From Chitinispirillaceae bacterium (GTDB taxonomy: Bacteria > Fibrobacterota > Chitinivibrionia > Chitinivibrionales > Chitinispirillaceae), in assembly GCA_035306725.1 (NCBI GenBank), contig DATGNN010000472.1:1-51282 (forward strand): a DNA stretch of 51,282 nt, read 5' to 3'. The translations under genes and the position numbers were made by a program. This document shows, one piece after another, positions 39,990 through 48,332 of this stretch. Under the pieces are notes generated by a model. That model saw only the letters and a program-made list of their open reading frames with translations. It did no database searches and was not told where the DNA came from. Numbering within the stretch: position 1 is the first letter of the stretch; each line of letters starts with the position of its first letter.

Positions 39990-42900
39990 CTAATTCAAAT
40001 TAAGTTTCTCTGCAATATTGTTATCCAGGGCTGTTTTTACAGCCCTCGCTGCAATAATTAAGTTGTCTGCTGGATTTTCAAGTTCTGTTTCCAGATCTGT
40101 CAATCCCTGTTCCAGAAAATAATTCCTCAGCAAACCGGGAATTTTAGTCAAATCAAATGGTTGCCTTGACTCCAACGAAAATGTTGTATCATATGCCTTG
40201 AGAAAGACTGTAACTGCCTGTAAAAACCATATATCTGCCCATTTTTCGAGAGATTTGACAGAAGTAGATGATACTGCAAGCGATTGATATAAAGCTGTTG
40301 CTACAGCCTTGTGAAAAGAGTTGACTATTCCAGCCACATCCCTTAAAGGAGAACGCTTCAGGCGACGTTCGCTCAATGCTGACCCTGAAGGACCTCTGAA
40401 ATCTTTTATCACAAAATCATTACCTATGTTCAGGAATTGATTCAGATGACAATTACCATGTATCCGCGTTTTTAAAATAGACAGATCCATATTGAGAATC
40501 GTTCCAAAAATATCAAGTATTCTTTGTTCATTTGAAATTACTGGTTTTGCATATTCAGACAAGTGCAATGGTAATTGATTAATCTGTCTTCGAAAACTGG
40601 AAATAACTCTGCGTGCTTTGGTTCTCATAGACTGGTAAAGCGATCTCTGATATAATCTTGTAAACGCTTCCGGTTCAAAATCCGTATTATCATCAACCAG
40701 AAGAAAAGCAAAGTGCATCTTTGCTGTCTTTATACCGATTTTTTGAACCATATCTGTAAAGGCACCTAATGCAATTGATGAAGAATTTTTTGTTGTAAAC
40801 AATCCGTTCAACTCATTTACATCATTACCACTGTTCTCATTCAAACCTTTTGACAATATTTCTTCCAGAAACTTGATAGCTGAATCCAGTGCAAGATTCC
40901 ATGCTGTTCCGGTATTTTTGACAAAAGAATTCATGACACCCAGAACACTGATTTGAGCCCCCTTGCGATACTGAACGGCGCCCATAAAAAGAGGTGACGG
41001 GGTTAAGACTGCCTGTTCAGAAAGAAACTGCCCCACTTCGACATCAGTCCTTATTCCTTCTTCAAGTCTGCGATATAACCGAAAATGAAAATCTGTCCCA
41101 TACTGAAATGATGTACTCAATGCTCCTGATTTGAGAATATTTACTCCAAACGGTACAAACTTTCTGAGGCCACGTGGAAGCATTACCCCGGAATAACCTT
41201 CTATTACTCCCTGGTGGCCATTTAATTTACGAGGAGTAGACATTAATTTCAAAAACGCAGTATGCAGTTTACTACTGAAAGCACAGTCATATAAAAATCC
41301 TTCCACAGTACCAGTTAACCTCGCCATAATCATACCCGTATTTCCCCGTACAGCTTCTTTTATCATTTCGCACGAACAAACTGACAGAGGAAGCATTACA
41401 GTATCGGATATCCCCTGTATATATGTAATACTGATAATCAGAATCACGATGTCGGTTTCACCATTTATTTTAATCAAATCCAGAATACGGGTTTCCTTGA
41501 CAGGAAGTTTTCTGCACCCGGCCGTTTTCCTTACCTGAAGAAAACCCGGGAGAATGTGTTCTTCTATCATATCTCTGTTTGTACCTTCAAAAAGACCTGT
41601 CCATACATTATTAACACACAATTCCGGTATTTCGAAACTGGTTCGATGACTTTCAAGGCTTTCTACTTTTTCCAGGTAAAGCCAAAAATAATCATGAAAA
41701 CCCATTGTAAGTATGTATGGTGTTTCCTGAATCTGGGGGAAATGATTATCACTGAATATATCCTTGGGTATGTATCCTGCATATTTTGACAAATCAAGAG
41801 AAACCGACTGCGAAAACCTTGACAGATTAACAGCAATCAGAATTATCTCATCCCCATAATTTCTTACAAATGTCAAAATACTTGCATTATCAGATTTTAT
41901 AAATTCCAGATCTCCTCTTGCAAACGCCTTATATTTCTTTCTCATTGCGATTATTCGTTTCATCCACCATAGCATTGAAGACGTATTTTGCTGTTGAGTT
42001 TCTACATTTAATGCTTCAAAATGGTATTCAGAATCTATAATAACCGGCAAAAAAAGTTTATGAGGATTTGCTGTTGAAAAACCGGCATTTCGATCAGCAT
42101 TCCACTGCATCGGTGTACGAACACCGTTTCTGTCTCCTAAATAGTGATTATCTCCCATTCCTATTTCATCACCATAATAAATGATTGGCGTTCCAGGAAG
42201 AGATAAAAGTAAAATATTCATAATTTCCATTCGCCTTCGACTATTACGCAACAAAGGCGCTAAACGCCGCCTGATACCCAGATTTATTCGTGCACTCTGA
42301 TCATGAGCATAATATCGATACATGTAATCCCGCTCTTCATCGGTAACCATCTCAAGCGTAAGCTCATCATGATTTCTAAGAAAAATAGCCCATTGACAGC
42401 TATCTGGTATTTGCGGTGTCTGCTCCAGAATGTCAACCAATGGAAACCAGTCTTCCATCTGAAGTGCCATAAACATTCGCGGCATTAAAGGAAAATGAAA
42501 AGCCATGTGACAAATATTGCCACTACCAAAATATGCAGTTGAATCTTCAGGCCACTGATTGGCTTCTGCCAACAGTATCCTGTTTTCATAATTTTCATCA
42601 ATATAAGACCTGAGTTTTCGAAGAAAATTGTAGGTTTCAGGGAGATTCTCACACATTGTCCCTTCTTTTTCATACAGGTACGGTACAGCATCAAGCCGCA
42701 TACCATCAACTCCCATTCCCATCCAGAAATCAATTATACTGAATATTTCCCGATGAACAAGCGGGTTTTCAAAATTAAGATCTGGTTGATGAGAATAAAA
42801 CCTATGCCAGTAGTAAGCTTTGGCAACAGGATCCCACGTCCAGTTTGAAGACTCAAAATCCTTAAAAATTATTCTGGCCTTTTTATACCGATCGGGTGTA

Positions 42901-43316
42901 TCACTCCATACATAATAATCCCGCTCTGGTGAGCCCGGTGAAGAACGTTTTGCACGCTTGAACCAAAGATGCTGATCTGAAGTATGATTTATGACAAGCT
43001 CTGTAATAATCTTCAAACCTCTTTTGTGTGCTTCTCTTAAAAATTGCCTGAAATCTTTCAATGTTCCATACGAAGGATGTATACCCATATAATCGCTGAT
43101 ATCATATCCGTCATCCCGAAGCGGAGAAAGGTAAAAAGGAAGAAGCCAAACAGCTGTTACGCCTAAATCTTCTAAATATCCCAATTGCTGTGTCAAACCA
43201 GGAAAATCACCAATACCATCACCATTACTGTCTTTAAATGATTTTACATTTAACTGATAAATCAGTGCATCTTTATACCAGAGAATATCACTTTTCAGGC
43301 GACTCTTTTCTATCAT
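39990..43316 (-). CDS. treS: trehalose synthase (GH13) fused to maltokinase (Pep2-like)
   Basis: The N-terminal half carries WYKDALIYQLNVKSF, GVDGMRLDAVPYL, EANQWPED and FLRNHDELTLE. The C-terminal half carries the kinase motif IHGNCHLNQFL...VIKDFRG...ERRLKRSPLRDVAG. Confidence 0.9.
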   Translation of the reverse strand: MIEKSRLKSDILWYKDALIYQLNVKSFKDSNGDGIGDFPGLTQQLGYLEDLGVTAVWLLPFYLSPLRDDGYDISDYMGIHPSYGTLKDFRQFLREAHKRGLKIITELVINHTSDQHLWFKRAKRSSPGSPERDYYVWSDTPDRYKKARIIFKDFESSNWTWDPVAKAYYWHRFYSHQPDLNFENPLVHREIFSIIDFWMGMGVDGMRLDAVPYLYEKEGTMCENLPETYNFLRKLRSYIDENYENRILLAEANQWPEDSTAYFGSGNICHMAFHFPLMPRMFMALQMEDWFPLVDILEQTPQIPDSCQWAIFLRNHDELTLEMVTDEERDYMYRYYAHDQSARINLGIRRRLAPLLRNSRRRMEIMNILLLSLPGTPIIYYGDEIGMGDNHYLGDRNGVRTPMQWNADRNAGFSTANPHKLFLPVIIDSEYHFEALNVETQQQNTSSMLWWMKRIIAMRKKYKAFARGDLEFIKSDNASILTFVRNYGDEIILIAVNLSRFSQSVSLDLSKYAGYIPKDIFSDNHFPQIQETPYILTMGFHDYFWLYLEKVESLESHRTSFEIPELCVNNVWTGLFEGTNRDMIEEHILPGFLQVRKTAGCRKLPVKETRILDLIKINGETDIVILIISITYIQGISDTVMLPLSVCSCEMIKEAVRGNTGMIMARLTGTVEGFLYDCAFSSKLHTAFLKLMSTPRKLNGHQGVIEGYSGVMLPRGLRKFVPFGVNILKSGALSTSFQYGTDFHFRLYRRLEEGIRTDVEVGQFLSEQAVLTPSPLFMGAVQYRKGAQISVLGVMNSFVKNTGTAWNLALDSAIKFLEEILSKGLNENSGNDVNELNGLFTTKNSSSIALGAFTDMVQKIGIKTAKMHFAFLLVDDNTDFEPEAFTRLYQRSLYQSMRTKARRVISSFRRQINQLPLHLSEYAKPVISNEQRILDIFGTILNMDLSILKTRIHGNCHLNQFLNIGNDFVIKDFRGPSGSALSERRLKRSPLRDVAGIVNSFHKAVATALYQSLAVSSTSVKSLEKWADIWFLQAVTVFLKAYDTTFSLESRQPFDLTKIPGLLRNYFLEQGLTDLETELENPADNLIIAARAVKTALDNNIAEKLNLN

Positions 43317-43452
43317 CCGGATTCCTTCTTATTACTGAAAATTGCATCGGCTTGTATATCAAATTATTACGAAGAACAAATATAAAATCTGATTCCCATC
43401 TTCAAAATGAAATTAAATAATCACATGATTATAGATACTTTAATATAAGTAT

Positions 43453-43544
43453 GATTTTCTTTCAAACAATTTCTGCCTGAATAACTGCCACTATTTGGGC
43501 AATCCCGCTTCGTTCATAACATCTGTATGTCGTCAACCATTTAC
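43453..43544 (+). repeat. probable short copy H of the intergenic element family
   Basis: GCCACTAT...GTTCATAAC...GTCGTCAACCATTTAC is colinear with GCCACACATAGTTCATGCC CGTCGATCGAAACCACCTTTAC of copy A. Confidence 0.35.
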
Positions 43545-43641
43545 ATGCCAGATAAAGATCTGGTATAAAAGAATCGTTACTGTTACGACCTGCTAAAGAC
43601 ACTGATATCAGAATTCCCAGTTAAAATTACAACACAGCTTT

Positions 43642-43811
43642 AACCTAAATCAGACGATTCCCTTACGCGATCTGCTTCACGCGCATTGCGGCAGAAAGGG
43701 TTTATGACTGCTTGGCCTGTATCACCACGTTTATAAGACCCTCCAGCCATAAAACCCATTCTGAACAATAACGTTATGCAGCTCATCGGAAATTATTCGT
43801 CTCCATTCAGG
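43642..43811 (+). repeat. copy B of the intergenic element family (reference copy)
   Basis: It is colinear over its full length with copy E (47289-47446) and shares blocks with A and D. An internal helix pairs CAGAAAGGGTTTATG (43692-43706) with CATAAAACCCATTCTG (43748-43763). Confidence 0.65.
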
Positions 43812-43950
43812 TACAATTAAACCTTATACATAAAATTTTTCAGCTTTTTTAAACGAATGTGATCTACGTCACATTCATAGAACCCAAAATGATGTAACTT
43901 ATTATCGAATAGAATGTGTGTGCGCTTTCTTTTCACTCAATGGTAGAAAA

Positions 43951-43974
43951 ACAGGAGTGCTTAAGCACTCCTGT
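43951..43974 (-). terminator. canonical intrinsic terminator on the minus strand in the middle of an ORF-free region
   Basis: Perfect 10-bp stem ACAGGAGTGC/GCACTCCTGT with loop TTAA. On the minus strand it is followed by TTTTCT. Confidence 0.6.
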
Positions 43975-44232
43975 TACTTAAAACCCAAACAGTAACGATT
44001 TCTATATTTTACCTTTGCTCAATTTTGATTATATCCAATATTATGAAGATGAAACACACTTTGGTTGCAGAATACAGTTGTCAAATTGCACTTATGATCC
44101 AACATCCACGTTTTTATCAGTTCTGTATAATGGAATACAAAAATACGGATAAACTCACTGATATCTTATCAGAAAAATCAGATTAAAGCATTAGTAAACT
44201 TAATTGGAAAATCTAACATATAAATGCCAGAT

Positions 44233-44535
44233 GATTAATTTAATGGCTGTATTCAGATTTGTCGGCGAATAAATTGCAAAAGTGAACACTAAACTGCAGA
44301 ATAAATTTCAGGTCATTGTCGGTCGCTTTTGCCACACAGGCTATCCAGCAGTGCTGCCATGATACGGTTATCATACCAAATCAAGGTACCGATCAGATAG
44401 GACCTGTACCAAAACAATTACCAGGTTAATTCGGGACATACAATGTGGAAAAGAAACTTACAAGTTCCTTGATACCCAGGCGACTGCGAAAAATAACTTC
44501 GCCCCGATAACATGTCGTGGAGTTCAACCACCCCC
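44233..44535 (+). repeat. probable long copy F of the intergenic element family
   Basis: Three blocks are colinear with copy A: GATTAATTTAATGGCTG (44233-44249), GCCACACAGG (44331-44340) and GTCGTGGAGTTCAACCACCCCC (44514-44535). The interior is larger and GC-richer. Confidence 0.35.
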
Positions 44536-44650
44536 AAAAGAGATACTAACGTTTTATCAAATAAACTGAAAAGTCAACATTCAGTCACAAATAAAGTCTG
44601 AAAGCTTTTTCACTGATTTATTCTGCTCAGATTTGACTGGTATTCATTTT

Positions 44651-46486
44651 TCAGTTACTTTTACAGCATCGAAATCCCGTTTGCGGTTTAGCTCCCCCCC
44701 CTACTCCCGGAGATACTGTCTGACACTTTGAATATGGACCACCCATGAGCACGGGTTCACCTTTTGAATCAGACACCCACTCAAAAATATTGCCTACCAT
44801 ATCATAACCGCCGAATTTGCTTACACAATTAACTCTGCTTCCAGAAGCTTCAAGCAGGGAAGCACCGTTTCGGTTACATTTATGCTCATCCATATTCCAG
44901 CCATAAGAATAGGTATACCCTTCCATACCACTGCATGCCCATTGCCATTCTTCAACTGTACAGATCCGTTTACCCTGTTTTTCGCACAATTCTTTTGCCT
45001 GCTGATAAGATACAGAACCTTTAACCATCTCACCTTTGCGATTAGGATATTCATAACGATCTACACATACCTTGAAGAAAGGTCTTCCTGTTTTCCCAGG
45101 AGGCATGTCAACCAAAAACATATCGTCAGGACAAAACAGAGATTTTGCATATTTTTTAATTGGTTCTTCGAAGCCTTGTGTTGAGTGTTTAATAACTCTG
45201 GTAATTTGTGACCGGTTAAATACTTCCTCTTCGCCACTGCGATTTTTAAAAAACACTTCGTCACCTTGCTCTTTAACAATTATTCCTTCAACGATCTTAT
45301 CTTTTAGGTCCTCACCTTGTTCATCAGTTTCAGTAACTTTTAAATGCAATGTATCGAAAGGTCCCTGATGTTGATTTTTACTCTGTTCACCAGATCGTTT
45401 TATTAGTTCTATCTGACTTATAACAGATCGCTGAATCGGAATAACAGATCCTTCGATATCAAGATTGAGTTCCATATTATTTATTTTGACCAGTTTTCCC
45501 TTAAAAATCGAGCCGTTTGTGATAGTTACTTCCACGAATGTTTTGTTTACCTGTATTCCCTGCAACTCTTCAAAAGAGATAGTTTCAACTTCAGCAACTT
45601 CTTTTTCTGGTTTTGTTTTTTTCATTGCCTTTTTTGGAGCAGGTTCTTTTAATTCATAACTATATATGATTGAATGGTTGAAAGTATATGGTTTTCCCTC
45701 AATTGTTTCCAGTATCAAAGAGGTATCATCCAGAAATTCTATAATCCCGGTTAACTCATCGCCTGTTATCAATTTCATTCTGTATTTTGCTTTAAACTGG
45801 ATTTCAGAAAATTTCTGACCACTTTCAATAGTTATAGCAGGTGCAGCAAAATTCAATTTTTCTGAAGATTCCAATAATTGAGTTCCTTCTTCATTCCACC
45901 ATGAAACCCAATCTTCTTTTGCATTACCAAATGTTTCCCCTGTTATCCGGGATAAAGCACACGAACCTATATTCAGAGTAAAAGTGATTATAACATTTTT
46001 CGGATCACGGATTCCAGATCGACCACCTTCAAGCGGTATTTCCTGAAACCTGGTTTCAACAAACTGTTCACATAAAGACATTGAATTATATTCAAGGAAA
46101 GGAGATGAAAGAATAAACTTGTTTTTTTCGTTCGTTATGTAAGTCTGAAGCCAGTCGTCGTAAGAACCTTCTCCTGAATATTTTACGTTTCTTACTTCTG
46201 CGACATGAATCGCTTTAGGAAACTTTTCCAGAAGGACAGGCACAGAAGCTGAAGCCGCAACGCCAATTGTTCCTAATTTAATCGCTGCATTGTAAGAACC
46301 GGAAACCACTTCTATCGATTCTTGTGATGGCAGTTGCTGCCCACTTCGCGTAAAGTATGAATATGCTTCGGGTGAATAATAAACAGAAGGACCTTCCTTG
46401 ATTTTATTAATCAAAACAGAGATCTGTTCATTAGCAAAACCTGTTGTTGATATCAAAAACAGAAAAATAACACCTTTGATTCGCAT
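44651..46486 (-). CDS. secreted protein with C-terminal FGE/SUMF1 (formylglycine-generating-enzyme-like) domain
   Basis: Signal peptide MRIKGVIFLFLISTTGFA and GGAGGGAGAGGG RBS. The C-terminal 170 aa carry YDMVGNIFEWVSD and are Cys-rich, as in the FGE-sulfatase fold. The middle holds three degenerate beta-rich repeats of about 45 aa. Confidence 0.8.
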   Translation of the reverse strand: MRIKGVIFLFLISTTGFANEQISVLINKIKEGPSVYYSPEAYSYFTRSGQQLPSQESIEVVSGSYNAAIKLGTIGVAASASVPVLLEKFPKAIHVAEVRNVKYSGEGSYDDWLQTYITNEKNKFILSSPFLEYNSMSLCEQFVETRFQEIPLEGGRSGIRDPKNVIITFTLNIGSCALSRITGETFGNAKEDWVSWWNEEGTQLLESSEKLNFAAPAITIESGQKFSEIQFKAKYRMKLITGDELTGIIEFLDDTSLILETIEGKPYTFNHSIIYSYELKEPAPKKAMKKTKPEKEVAEVETISFEELQGIQVNKTFVEVTITNGSIFKGKLVKINNMELNLDIEGSVIPIQRSVISQIELIKRSGEQSKNQHQGPFDTLHLKVTETDEQGEDLKDKIVEGIIVKEQGDEVFFKNRSGEEEVFNRSQITRVIKHSTQGFEEPIKKYAKSLFCPDDMFLVDMPPGKTGRPFFKVCVDRYEYPNRKGEMVKGSVSYQQAKELCEKQGKRICTVEEWQWACSGMEGYTYSYGWNMDEHKCNRNGASLLEASGSRVNCVSKFGGYDMVGNIFEWVSDSKGEPVLMGGPYSKCQTVSPGVGGGAKPQTGFRCCKSN

Positions 46487-46539
46487 CCCTCTCCCTCCAA
46501 TATTTTAATCGTTTTATTAAACCCGAACAACATGTTTCT

Positions 46540-46705
46540 CAGTGGGCATTCGCGCTGGGATGATAGATTTTGAGGAAATCTGACATGCAAAAAGTAGAGT
46601 AAACCTGCTTACAGTACTTGTTCACGATCTGATAATTGCTTTTGCAATAACGCATTCTTACAGCAACATGCATCTCAGCGCAACTGAGAATTGTTACTAT
46701 TCAGG
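46540..46705 (+). repeat. copy D of the intergenic element family
   Basis: Four blocks are colinear with copy B:
- GCATTCGCG
- CTGCTTACAGTACTTGTTCACG
- CAATAACG (46645-46652)
- ATGCATCTCAGCG (46668-46680)

It ends with the tail ACTATTCAGG (46696-46705). Confidence 0.55.
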
Positions 46706-46905
46706 ATTAAATATTATAGTATAATATAACAGGATAGCGGCCATATGGGCAAATCTAAAAATAATTAATCCATTTTTCTAATCGAATAACACAATAAAAA
46801 TTATAGTATCGTCGAAATCTTTAATGGGAGAATGTAAAGTTTTCCGTAGAATAAGCCGAAAATGTATAATAAACGATTCTTCAGAACCTGCACCAGGGGG
46901 TTTTT

Positions 46906-47067
46906 ATGATGCATCAAAGAGCGGAACCATTTGTTACCCTCGATGACCGCCCCGACAGGGATACCATCATAGAAAAAGACGAAATACTCAGTCTCATAAT
47001 AGATATCGAGGTTATGTCTATAGAAAAATTCTATGAAAAATATTTTTCTTCTGATAATAGAAGGTAA
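46906..47067 (+). CDS. possible small protein (53 aa), below the ORF-track cutoff
   Basis: ATG at 46906 preceded by AGGGGG. Translation: MMHQRAEPFVTLDDRPDRDTIIEKDEILSLIIDIEVMSIEKFYEKYFSSDNRR. It is the only SD-preceded ORF I read between copies D and E. No family recognised. Confidence 0.3.
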   Translation: MMHQRAEPFVTLDDRPDRDTIIEKDEILSLIIDIEVMSIEKFYEKYFSSDNRR

Positions 47068-47173
47068 ATTACCCTGATACCTGAAGGGGCAGGATCGGGC
47101 GCAAAGAAAAGTTCATATATTTAGAGTTCTTCGAGCCGGTTTTTTAAGTCGGCCTGAAAAACTTGAAAGTGAA

Positions 47174-47196
47174 AACAGGCTTTGTGCCCGTTTTTT
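47174..47196 (+). terminator. weak terminator-like hairpin with T-run downstream of the small ORF
   Basis: AACAGGC / GCCCGTT (one mismatch) followed by TTTTTT (47191-47196). Confidence 0.3.
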
Positions 47197-47288
47197 AATA
47201 TTTGATACGATCTCTGGTATTTAATAATTAATCTGATGGATGATTTTTATTCTAATATCTTACCCGAAATTCCCTAATTAATATATTT

Positions 47289-47446
47289 AACCTAAACAGT
47301 AAACGTCCCCCTTCTCGAGTCTTTCTCAGACATTGCCGTAAAGGGTTCATGCTTGTCTGACCGTATTTAGACATGATCTTCACAACAAACCAAACCCTTT
47401 CTCACGCCGCTCTCGCAGGCTCATCAACTAATCGTCTCTATTTAGG
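47289..47446 (+). repeat. copy E of the intergenic element family
   Basis: Five blocks are colinear with copy B:
- AACCTAAACAG...
- CATTGCCGTAAAGGGTTCATG
- AAACCCTTTCTCACG
- GCTCTCGCAGGCTCATC
- TCGTCTCTATTTAGG (47432-47446)

An internal helix pairs AAAGGGTT (47340-47347) with AACCCTTT (47393-47400). Confidence 0.65.
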
Positions 47447-47668
47447 TATTTAGCTAGATTTCCAAAAATTAAACTTAATAGCTCCCGGTTAGTTACATTT
47501 AAAAAAACCAATTGATTAAGTGCATTCTCTCTGCACATATTTTTGCGATTCTGGCATTTTTTACTGCAACTTTGAAAATTCATCCCTAAGATGTTCAAAA
47601 CTCTAAAAATAATGGCTGATATTTCCTGGACACCTTCAGATCAAACTCTATTCTTAGCAAATTAGTCT

Positions 47669-47977
47669 TTACTCTTTTAACCCTGAAATCCTCTTTATTA
47701 TCTCTTGCTCCTGTTCAATTTTTGATGCTAAAGCAGATAATTCATCAATATATTTATCTATTTTCTGAATGTGTACAGCTAATCTATCTTGCTCCGGGTG
47801 CCTGGGTAATACCTGCTCTTCTGAGGGAGTTGGTTCAATACGTTTTCTATAAGGAGCAACATGCTCTAACTCTGCATCAGGAATCACTTTCAATCCCTGT
47901 TCAAATTCTGGTACAGGAAAACTTTCCAATGGGATATCGTTGGAAGCTCTTTTTCTTTTGCTGCGATTGATTATCAT
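47669..47977 (-). CDS. hypothetical protein (102 aa), basic N-terminus and coiled-coil-like C-terminus
   Basis: Strong RBS AAGGAGGG before the ATG at 47977. No family recognised. Confidence 0.6.
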   Translation of the reverse strand: MIINRSKRKRASNDIPLESFPVPEFEQGLKVIPDAELEHVAPYRKRIEPTPSEEQVLPRHPEQDRLAVHIQKIDKYIDELSALASKIEQEQEIIKRISGLKE

Positions 47978-48332
47978 GCAGCCCTCCTTTTTAGGTTTTT
48001 CTGTAAAAGAATTCGATTAAATCAGCCTGAAAATTGAAAACATTCCAGATTTGATTTCATGACGCAACCGTAAGATTTTTCAAGTGTTCTGGTTAAAACG
48101 AGTTCTTTAACATGAATATAGACGACTAATTCTGATACAAGATCTAGACTTCGACATTTAGCAGGACAAGTTTTGGCCGTAAAGAATACAACGGGCAGAT
48201 GATACAAATCAGACAAGGCAAAAAATCATCATTACGATATCCGTGGAAGAATCGCACCCGGGGATTTTCCGATTTTAGGTATTATTCAAATAAGGATCAG
48301 ACCTGTAATTTGTACCAAATATCGTTTTAATG

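Noticed and set aside
43317-44650. Possibility of a CRISPR array, MITE with terminal inverted repeats, integron attC cluster or oriC in the long ORF-free regions
   Set aside because: There are no regularly spaced short direct repeats. No terminal inverted repeats or target-site duplications bound the copies. There are no cassette ORFs between elements. Only loose TTATCCACA-like strings occur, with no dnaA context.
47400-47430. Hammerhead-ribozyme-like core on the minus strand (TTGATGAG ... GAGAAAG)
   Set aside because: C3 is replaced, stem II cannot be closed directly before a GAAA, and the other copies do not preserve the core. It is not a hammerhead.
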